Counted from the stretch's first letter, positions 1 through 7,798 are shown. The stretch is 38,491 nt of DNA from Pirellulales bacterium (GCA_030605745.1 JAUWHT010000330.1:1-38491), one strand, 5' to 3'. Notes: generated by a model from the letters alone, not told the origin. A program made the numbers and translations.

Positions 1-363
1 CGCGTTCGATTGTCCTGAAGTGGCGGTCGGAAGTACCCCATACGTTTCCCGGCTCTGCTCTATGGCCAATAGAAACAGGTCGGCCATAGTCGGCCGGTAT
101 TCGGGAGCCCGCCCTTTTTTCCATGCCGCGTACTGCATATAGCGAGATGTAATCTCAGGGCGAAAATCCGCACCCAGTGCGACGCGCTCGAGGGTAGACA
201 CAAGTCGCTGCTGCTGCTGAAACTCCGAAGCCCACTCATTTTCGGCCTCACCCAATTCTGTATCGGTCAAGGGCCTTGTAGTGCCGTCGGCCTCGTGAAC
301 CAACCGTACCCAATTGCCATCTTGGTCGATGTCGGTAACAATTCGCGTTCTTGAATCTGACAT
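1..363 (-). CDS. hypothetical protein, N-terminal part (ORF continues past the left window edge)
   Basis: A minus-strand ATG at 363-361 opens a frame with no stop down to position 1 (121 codons, MSDSRTRIVTDIDQDGNWVRLVHEADGTTRPLTDTELGEAENEWASEF...). It is missing from the supplied track, probably because no stop lies in the window. It sits on the same strand directly downstream of the integrase. No family recognised. Confidence 0.4.
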   Translation of the reverse strand, partial: MSDSRTRIVTDIDQDGNWVRLVHEADGTTRPLTDTELGEAENEWASEFQQQQRLVSTLERVALGADFRPEITSRYMQYAAWKKGRAPEYRPTMADLFLLAIEQSRETYGVLPTATSGQSNA

Positions 364-473
364 AATCTCCACCTTTCAGCCGGGTTGCCGGACGGTCGCT
401 CGTGGAAGATGGAGAACCCACAAGCAGACCGGCCGGCCGATGGCGGAAGCTATCCGCACCCGGCAAAGTAAGT

Positions 474-1631
474 TTATTCTTTCGGTTCAGTTTGGTCAAA
501 TGCGAACAGCCACCGCCGAACGTGATTCGTCACGGCCTGCAACCGATCATCGCCGATCCGCTCGCGGTATAGGCTTGCCATATCGTCACGGGTATGGCCC
601 ATAATCAGGTCAATGGCTGGAGCGTCCCGGCACTCATCCGCCACGGTCCGAAAGCTATGCCGTAGAGCATAGAAACTCACCCCCTTACGCTTAATTCCCA
701 AGGAGTTGAGGAGCTTTCGGGTTTCTTTGGAAACTGGATTGTCGCCGGTCCACTTTGCCCAGCTTTGGCCCTGCTTAGTAATGAAAACCAACTCGGAGTT
801 GGCCTTATCTTTGGGCGCCGGCCGCCTGGCAATGACCTCTTGCAGTGCTCTCACAGTTTCCGGCCACAACGGAGCCCGACGGGAAATCGCTGTTTTCGGG
901 CGGGGGAAGTCAATCCACCCGGCTTTCAGGTCAACAGCTTGGCGGGGCAGATTCGCACAGTCCGAATTGCCGAAACCGCAGTTGATTCCGAGTAGGATCA
1001 TCGCCCGGAGCGGTATACCGGCCGCGTCGATCATCCGGCGGATTTCGTCGGCCTCGAACATCCGCAGCCCGCTGCCGTTGCGGGCCCGGCGGATCACGCG
1101 CTTGGACGGCCGCTTGAACTCGGGACCAAACCGAACCGGCCGATCTATCAGCCCCATATCGAGAGCATACTTGAAGACCGTCCGCACTCGCTGGATTTCG
1201 TTGGCCAGGCGGACCGGCCCCGAGGTCTTCGCCAGTGCGGCCCGCAACTGCTCAAAGTCATCGGCCGCCAGGTCATCGACCAGCCGATCCTTCCCGAAGA
1301 AATCCACCAGTTGCTTGGCGATTCTCAGGTGGTCCGCGAACGTTACAGCAACGATCTCTCCCAAATCGAGCTTCCGTTGCTTAGAAGTCAAGAAGCGGTT
1401 GCACAGCTCCCGAAGAGTCAGCTCACCCCGCTTGGCCCTGGGGGTCCGGCCGGCATGTAGGTCATCCTTTTCGTCCAGATACCGCTTGAGGGCCCCATCG
1501 GGGTCATCCCATCGGCCGAAGTAGTGAAGTTTGCCCCTGATTTTCTTCGCCCACCGCTTAGTAGCATGGGGGAACAGCGGGAAGTCCGCGTACGGTTTTC
1601 GGGGCTTTGCCCGCGTGGTAAGATGCGGCAT
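474..1631 (-). CDS. tyrosine-type site-specific recombinase / phage-type integrase
   Basis: 385 aa. C-terminal catalytic boxes are YALRHSFRTVADE (H-x-x-R) and LIMGHTRDDMASLYRERI (His ... Tyr nucleophile). The N-terminal region is SAM-like. The start lies 147 nt from the 5' end of tRNA-Arg. Confidence 0.85.
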   Translation of the reverse strand: MPHLTTRAKPRKPYADFPLFPHATKRWAKKIRGKLHYFGRWDDPDGALKRYLDEKDDLHAGRTPRAKRGELTLRELCNRFLTSKQRKLDLGEIVAVTFADHLRIAKQLVDFFGKDRLVDDLAADDFEQLRAALAKTSGPVRLANEIQRVRTVFKYALDMGLIDRPVRFGPEFKRPSKRVIRRARNGSGLRMFEADEIRRMIDAAGIPLRAMILLGINCGFGNSDCANLPRQAVDLKAGWIDFPRPKTAISRRAPLWPETVRALQEVIARRPAPKDKANSELVFITKQGQSWAKWTGDNPVSKETRKLLNSLGIKRKGVSFYALRHSFRTVADECRDAPAIDLIMGHTRDDMASLYRERIGDDRLQAVTNHVRRWLFAFDQTEPKE

Positions 1632-1778
1632 GGCGTTGGCCTCCAGTCAGGTTAATGCCAGGCCCTCCGGTGCACCCCGCCGGGGGGCCACTGTGGTAAA
1701 CGGGTGTCAAACAGGTGTCACAAGCCAATTTTAGCAAGCCGGCCGAAAACGTCAATAGCACTATAAAACAAGGCGTTC

Positions 1779-1851
1779 GCCCCCGTAGCTCAGGGGATAG
1801 AGCACTGGTTTCCTAAACCAGTTGTCGCAGGTTCGATTCCTGCCGGGGGTA
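1779..1851 (+). tRNA. tRNA-Arg (anticodon CCT)
   Basis: 73-nt cloverleaf read by hand. Acceptor stem GCCCCCG/CGGGGGT, D-arm GCTC-AGGGGATA-GAGC, anticodon stem CTGGT/ACCAG with loop TTCCTAA, variable loop TTGTC, T-arm GCAGG-TTCGATT-CCTGC, discriminator A. No CCA is encoded. Confidence 0.9.
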
Positions 1852-1893
1852 CTTCGCCGTGTAGCGGCGGAATGTGATATGCCTGGAAAATAG

Positions 1894-2157
1894 GGGTTCG
1901 GGGCTCTGAGGTGGGACGCTAAGAACCGAAAACGACTGGCCCGCAAGACCAGGCTCCAGCGGCGAATTGCCCGGCTTACCGACGGCGAACGCGAAGTCCT
2001 TAAATGGCTTGTCCGCGGCAAGTCGAACAAGACGATCGCCGCCGAGCTGGAACTCAGCGTTCGCGCCATCGAGGTCCGCCGGGCCAAGGTGATGGAGAAA
2101 ATGAAGGCCGGATCACTGGCAGAACTGGTGCGGCTAACCGTGGAGGCCAATGTGTAA
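1894..2157 (+). pseudogene. LuxR/FixJ-family HTH DNA-binding domain ORF without a canonical start (remnant of a response regulator, or a CTG-initiated stand-alone HTH)
   Basis: The open frame after TAG 1891-1893 translates to ...RLARKTRLQRRIARLTDGEREVLKWLVRGKSNKTIAAELELSVRAIEVRRAKVMEKMKAGSLAELVRLTVEANV*. This is a typical FixJ/NarL C-terminal HTH. No ATG, GTG or TTG lies in frame before the ATG at 2092; the only candidate is CTG at 1906. No receiver domain is present. Confidence 0.5.
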
Positions 2158-2161
2158 GGGT

Positions 2162-2222
2162 TCAGGGTTCAGGATTTGGCTTCCAACCATATTCGATTAC
2201 AAACAAAAAGCCTGAACCCTGA
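2162..2222. terminator. hairpin between convergent genes (perfect 12-bp stem, 37-nt loop)
   Basis: TCAGGGTTCAGG at 2162-2173 pairs with CCTGAACCCTGA at 2211-2222. The left arm is a GGGTTCA x2 tandem. It lies between the LuxR-fragment stop (2157) and the DUF4838 stop (2227). There is no U-tract. Confidence 0.4.
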
Positions 2223-2226
2223 CCAC

Positions 2227-4221
2227 TTAATTCGTTTGGTTGCGGTCGCATGCCAGGTATTCCGGACCGGGTGGCCCCGGGCGGGAAACCGCCCGGGGCC
2301 ACCCGGTCCGGAATTTCAGCGTCTTTTCCGGGTTTGAGATCAGTCGCTCGATGAGCACATCAGTGTACCACGGCTTGGAACTCGGTCGCAGGCGCGCGAT
2401 GCGCCAAAGCCAGTCGGACACGATCCCCGCCTCGCGGCGACCGATAGTGCGGATTTTCAACGTGCGCCCAATGCGGGCGAAATCGGCCAGGCGGCAAGCG
2501 AACGCATCTTCGCTGTCGGCAATCTTGCCGTTTACCAAGTTGCGCTCGTTGAGGTCGGCGAAGAGCACGCAGAACTTCTCCGCTCGCACCCGGTTGAGCA
2601 CTTCGTGATTGTCCGCCACTGCCGCCTCGGCCTCCGCAAAAAGCCCCAACGCTTTTTGCGAGAACTTGGCCGTTACCACCCCAGGATTAGCGCCCTCGCA
2701 CATCTGGTGTATGTTCCGCTGCTCGATTTCTTGGTGGAAAAAGTCGAAATACTCTCTCATCTGCGGCGCGGCCGCCCCGTAGTAGACCCCCATGAACTCG
2801 TCGATTAGCGCCTCGACGTCCGCCTTGGGATCCCACAACAGTTGGCTATGCACGAAAACAAACAGGTGGCGAAAGTTAGTGGGAACGCTACTGTAAGGAG
2901 GGAAGTCAGAGGAACCGTGACCATACCAGATACCCCGGATGCCGTTTTGGGCGTAGAAGTCCAGCTTCCGCTTCATGGCGTAGAAGCTGCCGAATGGCTC
3001 GTAGTATATCTTGTATCCGCGCGGATAGTCGAAGATGTACATGTTTCTCGGGCACTTGGCGATCCAGCCCTTGAGGTCCTCGAAGCCCTGCTTGTTCTTT
3101 TCGCACGTGAGGTCGTGGCTCTGGCAAGCCACGCGGTGTGGATAGGGGCAGAACTGAACCATCACGTTCGGCTCCGGCATGACTCTCTGGGGAGGCGGCG
3201 ACGTGGCCTTGGTGTAGGCGAGCGTGAGGATACGTTTGTCGGGATACTTTGCCGCGACGGCCCGAGCGACCTCGTTCACGTAGTCCAGCAGGCGGTCGGT
3301 CATCTCAACGCCGGGCACGGCGTCCATGGCCTTGCACTTTTCGCACTCACACCACGCACGGCCATCGCCTTGCGACACGCCGAAGAACGTGCGATCCGGT
3401 TGCTTCTCGATCAGCTCCAGTATGCGCTGGGTGGAAATCCTGCGGACCTCCGGATTCGACAGACAGAGGTGTACGTCAAACCTCTTTCGCTTGGGATCGC
3501 GATGAAGTCGTTTCCCATCTTTCTGCAAAGCGAAGTACTCGGGGTGGTCATGGCTGAACTTGTCGAACGGGAGCAGGTACGCCGCGCTGTGAAGCAGGCT
3601 TCCGCGCTCGCCGATCTCCCCGGGGTTGCCCATATCGTCCCTGGGCGTGTGGCCGAGCTTCAAATTGCCGGTGAGACAGCGAAACTCGTAGGACGGCTTT
3701 GCCCGAAGCTCGCAGTTGGGGATCACCAGCTTGCAGAGCTTCGGGACGATCTCGCAGTGCGGCGAGTAGAACTTAACACCCAGATGTCTCAGCAGTGCAT
3801 AGGCGCCGTAGGCCGTGCCAAGGTCGCGTGCACCGCAGATACCCGCTCTGCCCCCGGCAACACGAACCACATAGCCGTCGCGGCCGACTGCTTCCAACTC
3901 CTCTGCTGATATCAGGCCTGCCTGGCGCGCCAGACCGCCTACCGCGATAACGCCCGTTGGAACCTGTCCTCCCGTAACCTCGGTCCGCTTGAGCTTCTTC
4001 CCGGAGATTCGCTCCAGATACGCCACGAGTTCATCGGCGGCCAGCTTTTCCCTGGCGGTATGGTTTGGTCCCAGGGCCACGGCCGTGACCATGACGTCGG
4101 GTTCAATGAAGACCGCCGCCACGACGTCCTCCGAGCGGGCGGACACTTCTTTCTGTTCCGCAAAAACCAGGACGGACACGCTGCAAGTTGCCAAGAACGA
4201 TAAACACAAGAGCTTTTTCAC
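2227..4221 (-). CDS. secreted DUF4838-like protein (putative glycoside-hydrolase-related)
   Basis: The long ORF (track 2227..4305) carries motifs I associate with DUF4838: CLSNPEV, GDGRAWCECEKCKA, ILTLAYT. The preferred start is GTG 4221-4219, which has GGAGG (4233-4229) 7 nt upstream and yields the signal peptide MKKLLCLSFLATCSVSVLVFA. Confidence 0.6.
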   Translation of the reverse strand: MKKLLCLSFLATCSVSVLVFAEQKEVSARSEDVVAAVFIEPDVMVTAVALGPNHTAREKLAADELVAYLERISGKKLKRTEVTGGQVPTGVIAVGGLARQAGLISAEELEAVGRDGYVVRVAGGRAGICGARDLGTAYGAYALLRHLGVKFYSPHCEIVPKLCKLVIPNCELRAKPSYEFRCLTGNLKLGHTPRDDMGNPGEIGERGSLLHSAAYLLPFDKFSHDHPEYFALQKDGKRLHRDPKRKRFDVHLCLSNPEVRRISTQRILELIEKQPDRTFFGVSQGDGRAWCECEKCKAMDAVPGVEMTDRLLDYVNEVARAVAAKYPDKRILTLAYTKATSPPPQRVMPEPNVMVQFCPYPHRVACQSHDLTCEKNKQGFEDLKGWIAKCPRNMYIFDYPRGYKIYYEPFGSFYAMKRKLDFYAQNGIRGIWYGHGSSDFPPYSSVPTNFRHLFVFVHSQLLWDPKADVEALIDEFMGVYYGAAAPQMREYFDFFHQEIEQRNIHQMCEGANPGVVTAKFSQKALGLFAEAEAAVADNHEVLNRVRAEKFCVLFADLNERNLVNGKIADSEDAFACRLADFARIGRTLKIRTIGRREAGIVSDWLWRIARLRPSSKPWYTDVLIERLISNPEKTLKFRTGWPRAVSRPGPPGPEYLACDRNQTN

Positions 4222-4276
4222 GGCTCGACCTCCATCGGAGTTTTTGGGCCCTTTGGTATGACCATTGTACATGGCT

Positions 4277-4305
4277 AACATACACGAAACACACCTGAAG
4301 TACAA
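4277..4305 (-). promoter_or_regulatory. candidate sigma70-type promoter of the DUF4838 gene
   Basis: On the minus strand: TTGTAC (4305-4300), 17-nt spacer, TATGTT (4282-4277). It lies about 55 nt upstream of the GTG start. Confidence 0.3.
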
Positions 4306-4340
4306 CCGGCCAGTGAAACAGAAACCTCATTGCCAGAAAC

Positions 4341-4370
4341 GGTATTCCGTGGTATTCCGGGGGTATTCCG
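4341..4370. promoter_or_regulatory. three direct repeats of GGTATTCCG at helical phasing (putative regulator binding sites)
   Basis: Copies at 4341-4349, 4351-4359 and 4362-4370, with spacings of 10 and 11 bp. They lie 36-65 bp upstream of the candidate -35 of the DUF4838 gene. Confidence 0.4.
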
Positions 4371-4629
4371 GAGACACAACACTAATTTTCATTGGTTCGG
4401 GGACGGCCTAGCTTTGGGGGGCGTAGGTTGCGGCCGGCGATTTTATCGAGCTTGTCGATGAATCGCTACCCGCCGAGCGGGCGGCCCGTTCACTGGTGAC
4501 GACGAAGCAACTCCTGTTGTTTTTCGTCCGTTGGATCTCTCGCCAGTCTTGCCATGCCACCATTGTGCCGACAACCCAAAAGGCGTCAAGAGAAATTAGG
4601 TATTGTGTCCCCGGAATTCCCTTTCTCGC

Positions 4630-4965
4630 TCAAAGCCGGAACTCCTCGTTCCACATCTTTCGCACGAGACTCAAATCTTCGTTTGACAGCTTACCAATAC
4701 GGACTTTGAGAAGACTTTTCTCGATGGTCACAACGCGTGAAAGCCTTATAGTGGACGGCTTCTCTAACCCGGTTTCTTGCCACTTGCTGAGCGCCAAATC
4801 CAAGAAGCCTTGATGAGGAACAGACGTGATGCGGCAGACCAGACAATCCGAACCCAAGTCCACCAAAACGAGAACGGGTCTGGCTTTCGCTCCGCGTCCA
4901 GACGTGAAAGGGAAGATGCAGACATATACCTCCCCGAATTCAACGATACTTGTCATAGACTGCAT
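4630..4965 (-). CDS. mazF: type II toxin, PemK/MazF family
   Basis: The sequence ...SIVEFGEVYVCIFPFTSGRGAKARPVLVLVDLGSDCLVCRITSV...STIRLSRVVTIEKSLLKVRIGKLSNEDL follows the MazF/PemK pattern. The start is ATG 4965 or ATG 4956; the longer track ORF (to 5088) overlaps the antitoxin and is unlikely. The gene overlaps the antitoxin stop. Confidence 0.8.
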   Translation of the reverse strand: MQSMTSIVEFGEVYVCIFPFTSGRGAKARPVLVLVDLGSDCLVCRITSVPHQGFLDLALSKWQETGLEKPSTIRLSRVVTIEKSLLKVRIGKLSNEDLSLVRKMWNEEFRL

Positions 4966-5173
4966 CTTCCTCCGAGTCATCGCTGAGAAATTGGTCATAT
5001 GCCGCCTTTCGCCAGGCGACATCCTCCGAATCCATGTCCACGCAGACCAGAACCGTTGCCTTTCCCTTCTGCGGCAACACAGACGCAATTTCCGGCGGTA
5101 TGCTCAGAGTCTGGTTTCCCGACAACTCAGTCTCGAATTCTACTGTCTTCATAACATCAATCATCTTTCCCAA
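4940..5173 (-). CDS. mazE: AbrB/MazE-type antitoxin
   Basis: 77 aa. The N-terminal part is SpoVT/AbrB-like (TVEFETELSGNQTLSIPPEIASVL) and the C-terminal tail is acidic. It lies immediately upstream of, and overlaps, the MazF-family gene. Confidence 0.7.
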   Translation of the reverse strand: MGKMIDVMKTVEFETELSGNQTLSIPPEIASVLPQKGKATVLVCVDMDSEDVAWRKAAYDQFLSDDSEEDAVYDKYR

Positions 5174-5220
5174 AAAAGTCTAATATCTGGGGCCACATAA
5201 AACCCCAAACAACGATTCGC

Positions 5221-5249
5221 AGTATAGTATCCCTGTGGCATGTTGTCAA
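5221..5249 (-). promoter_or_regulatory. near-consensus sigma70-type promoter of mazEF
   Basis: On the minus strand: TTGACA (5249-5244), 17-nt spacer, TATACT (5226-5221). It lies about 50 nt upstream of the mazE start. Confidence 0.55.
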
Positions 5250-5300
5250 CAGCCGGGTAGTTCCCGCTGGCATTCGGTTGCGGGAGAGGAAGTTCCGGCA

Positions 5301-6245
5301 TTACACAAACAGCCTGCTGACCGACTCGTTGCGGTGGATTCGCTTGATCGCTTCACCCAGTAGTGGGGCGATGCTTTCGACGGTGATCTTTTCGATGGCC
5401 TTCTCGGGGGCCAGTGGGATGGTGTCGGTGATGACCACTCCGTTGACCGGGGAGTTTTCGATCCGTTCGATGGCACCCTCGCAGAGGATGCCGTGGGTGG
5501 CGGCCAGGTAGATTTGCCGGGCGCCGTGTTCGTGTACGACCTCGGCGGCGCCGCAGATCGAACCGGCCGTGCTGATCATGTCGTCGAAGATCAGGGCCGT
5601 CTTGCCATCGACCGGCGCGCCGATGATGTGCTCCTGGCTGGTCTCTTCGGCGCTGGTGCGGCGTTTGTCGATGATCGCCAGGCGGCCGCCCAACCGGCCC
5701 AAGTGCCACCGGGCCCGCTTGATGCTGCCTTCATCCGGACTGACTACCACGATCTCCTCCTCGGCGATGTTCATCTTCTTAAAGTGCCCGTCGATCACCG
5801 GGGCGGCGTACAGATGATCGACCGGTATATCGAAGAAGCCCTGGATCTGGGCGGCGTGCAGGTCCATGGCCAATACCCGGTCGGCGCCGGCCCTGGTAAT
5901 AATGTTGGCCACCAGCTTGGCGGTAATCGGCACCCGGCCCTCGTCCTTGCGGTCTTGCCGGGCGTAGCCGAAGTAGGGCATCACGGCGGTGATTCGCTCG
6001 GCACTGGCCCGCTTGAAACTCTCGATCATAATCAACAGTTCCATCAGGTTTTCGTTGACCAGCGGGCAGGTGGGCTGCACGATGAACACGTCGCGGCCGC
6101 GGACGTCTTCGTCGATCTTGCAGGAGATTTCCCCGTCCGGAAAATTACCCACCACTACCGTGCCCAACGGCAAACCAAGGTAGGCACACACTCGCCGGGC
6201 CAAATCCGGATGGGCCCGGCCGCTGAATAGTTTCATGTCGTTCAT
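5301..6245 (-). CDS. prs: ribose-phosphate pyrophosphokinase
   Basis: 314 aa, full-length Prs pattern: MKLFSGRAHPDLA..., DLHAAQIQGFFDIPVDHL, VVVSPDEGS, DDMISTAGS. Confidence 0.95.
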   Translation of the reverse strand: MNDMKLFSGRAHPDLARRVCAYLGLPLGTVVVGNFPDGEISCKIDEDVRGRDVFIVQPTCPLVNENLMELLIMIESFKRASAERITAVMPYFGYARQDRKDEGRVPITAKLVANIITRAGADRVLAMDLHAAQIQGFFDIPVDHLYAAPVIDGHFKKMNIAEEEIVVVSPDEGSIKRARWHLGRLGGRLAIIDKRRTSAEETSQEHIIGAPVDGKTALIFDDMISTAGSICGAAEVVHEHGARQIYLAATHGILCEGAIERIENSPVNGVVITDTIPLAPEKAIEKITVESIAPLLGEAIKRIHRNESVSRLFV

Positions 6246-6251
6246 AATTCG

Positions 6252-6998
6252 TCATTTCTCATTCCACTTCATGGCGGCCTCTGCGGCGGCCAATTCTTCC
6301 AGGGTATTCACACCCAGCGATTCGCACGGCCTAAGCACCTGAAGCGCCCGGACCTGCCGGCCCTGGGTCACCATCAGGCCGGGAGCGTCGGTGAGGTAAT
6401 ATTCGCGCAGAACATTATCGGCTCTAACGTGGTCCAACACCTCCAGCAGGTCGCGGCAGTTGAACACATAGTAGCTCCTGTTGACCTCGGTGATCTGGAG
6501 TTGTCCGTCGGTGGCGTCTTTCTCTTCGACGATGCCGATGAAATTCCCCTGGGCGTCGCGGAGTATTCGTCCCAACCCGGTGGGGTTCTTCTTCTGCACG
6601 GTGCCGATGATACAGGCGGCCGGCCGACGGTCGAACTCCTCAAACAATGTTGCGATCGACTCGGGCTGGGCGAGTGGTGAATCGCCGGTCATTACCAGCA
6701 CCGGCCCGTCATAATCGGCAAGCAGTTCGCAGCAGGCCATCACCGCGTGTCCGGTGCCAAGCTGTTCGGTCTGAAGGGCGAATTCCACGTTGTAGCGGCC
6801 ATCCAAGGCCGACCGGACCAGTTCGCCCCGATAGCCGACCACCACGACCGTCCGCTCGACACCTCCTTCGGCCAGGGCGTCCAGCAGATATTCAATCATC
6901 GGCCGCCGGCAGACTTCGATCAACACCTTAGGCAGGTCGGAGTTCATCCGGATGCCCTTTCCGGCGGCCAGCACGATGGCTATGTTTCGGATCATCAT
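6252..6998 (-). CDS. GlmU-like sugar-1-phosphate nucleotidyltransferase (uridyltransferase domain only)
   Basis: 248 aa. LAAGKGIRMNSDLPKVL and QTEQLGTGHAV match the GlmU N-terminal domain. There is no left-handed beta-helix acetyltransferase domain. It keeps the classical glmU-prs adjacency. Confidence 0.8.
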   Translation of the reverse strand: MMIRNIAIVLAAGKGIRMNSDLPKVLIEVCRRPMIEYLLDALAEGGVERTVVVVGYRGELVRSALDGRYNVEFALQTEQLGTGHAVMACCELLADYDGPVLVMTGDSPLAQPESIATLFEEFDRRPAACIIGTVQKKNPTGLGRILRDAQGNFIGIVEEKDATDGQLQITEVNRSYYVFNCRDLLEVLDHVRADNVLREYYLTDAPGLMVTQGRQVRALQVLRPCESLGVNTLEELAAAEAAMKWNEK

Positions 6999-7459
6999 TC
7001 AAATGAAAACACAGTAGGCGACACACCAAAGTAGCCCGACAACTTCCCGATCTGGTCGCGAGTCAGCCGCCGACGGCCTGCAATCACCGCGGACAGCGTG
7101 GGAGCTGCGATGCCGGTATCTCGCTCAATTTGGGCGCGAGTCACTTCCCTAGCCTCAATAAGGTGATCCAATATGTCGGCATCGCTGACCCGTTGTCGCG
7201 GGAAGTTTTTCTTTTCGTAAGCCTCAATGAGTTGAACCAGGATAGACAGATAGCCGTTTTCGCCGCGTGCGAGTTTCCCGGTCCTCACTTTTTTCTTCAG
7301 CAGATCGTTGGCCAATACCAGGGCCTGCTTATGAACATCCGCCGATTCAATAGGCAAGAGCGGAAAGCTCCGGATTAGCCTGAGATAGTCCTTGGGCGCA
7401 GGAGCCGGCACGCGCGCCACCGACTTCTTGGTCTTGATCTTAATCGCATTCGCACTCAT
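6995..7459 (-). CDS. higA: HigA-family antitoxin (C-terminal XRE-type HTH)
   Basis: 154 aa. The C-terminal HTH is EVTRAQIERDTGIAAPTLSAVIAGRRRLTRDQIGKLSGYFGVSPTVF. The layout resembles E. coli HigA (YgjM). It overlaps the 3' end of the higB reading frame. Confidence 0.75.
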   Translation of the reverse strand: MSANAIKIKTKKSVARVPAPAPKDYLRLIRSFPLLPIESADVHKQALVLANDLLKKKVRTGKLARGENGYLSILVQLIEAYEKKNFPRQRVSDADILDHLIEAREVTRAQIERDTGIAAPTLSAVIAGRRRLTRDQIGKLSGYFGVSPTVFSFE

Positions 7460-7749
7460 TTTTCCACCTACCCTTGTCGTACTGCTGGTGAGTCAGTACG
7501 TAGCGGACGGAGACGACCTGAAGTTCATAGTCGATTATTGTAATGATGCGAAACGAGCCGCCTTGCACGTCGAACACCGCGCACAAGCCAGCCTTGGAGG
7601 CCTTGACGTAAGTCTGTAGTCTGTTTGACATCAGCCCATTTTTCCCAGTCCGCAGCCTCAACCGTCTGCAACCATCGGTCGAATTGACGCCACGCCGCGC
7701 GTCGCTTCCGGCAAAATGCGTCGATATGTTCGGTGCCGATTATGCGCAT
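7440..7749 (-). pseudogene. higB: HigB-family toxin gene disrupted by a 7-bp tandem duplication (frameshift)
   Basis: The N-terminal 44 codons (MRIIGTEHIDAFCRKRRAAWRQFDRWLQTVEAADWEKWADVKQT) are in the frame of 7749. The remainder (YVKASKAGLCAVFDVQGGSFRIITIIDYELQVVSVRYVLTHQQYDKGRWKNE...) is in the frame of ORF 7440..7661. The junction is AGTCTGT AGTCTGT at 7611-7624. Removing one copy gives a continuous 100-aa HigB-like protein. Confidence 0.8.
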
Positions 7750-7798
7750 CGCCGGTGACGCACAGGGGCGTGTATACGGACAGCCATTTTCTCCTTCT

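Larger units (their letters stand above)
1..1851. mobile_element. possible end of an integrative element (integrase beside tRNA-Arg); boundaries cannot be determined in this window
   Basis: The only evidence is integrase plus tRNA adjacency. No att direct repeat is visible, and the integrase lies on the 5' side of the tRNA, which is atypical. Confidence 0.25.

Noticed and set aside
4-20. GTTCGATTGTCCTG resembles the tRNA-Arg T-arm (GTTCGATTCCTG) and could be an att-site remnant.
   Set aside because: Only an 8-mer plus 4 nt match. One such match is expected by chance in 38 kb on two strands, and it lies inside a coding frame.
4373-4629. Small ORFs on both strands between mazF and the DUF4838 promoter. 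They include track ORF 4496..4813(+) and a 51-codon minus-strand ORF (MVAWQDWREIQRTKNN...).
   Set aside because: They have no SD, no recognisable family and odd composition. The plus-strand ORF is antisense to mazF. I leave the region unannotated.
7740-7787. A 15-codon upstream ORF (MAVRIHAPVRHRRCA) preceded by AAGGAG, in the higB leader.
   Set aside because: It is too short to support from sequence alone and may be a coincidental SD-ATG. It is mentioned only because the higB ATG itself lacks an SD.
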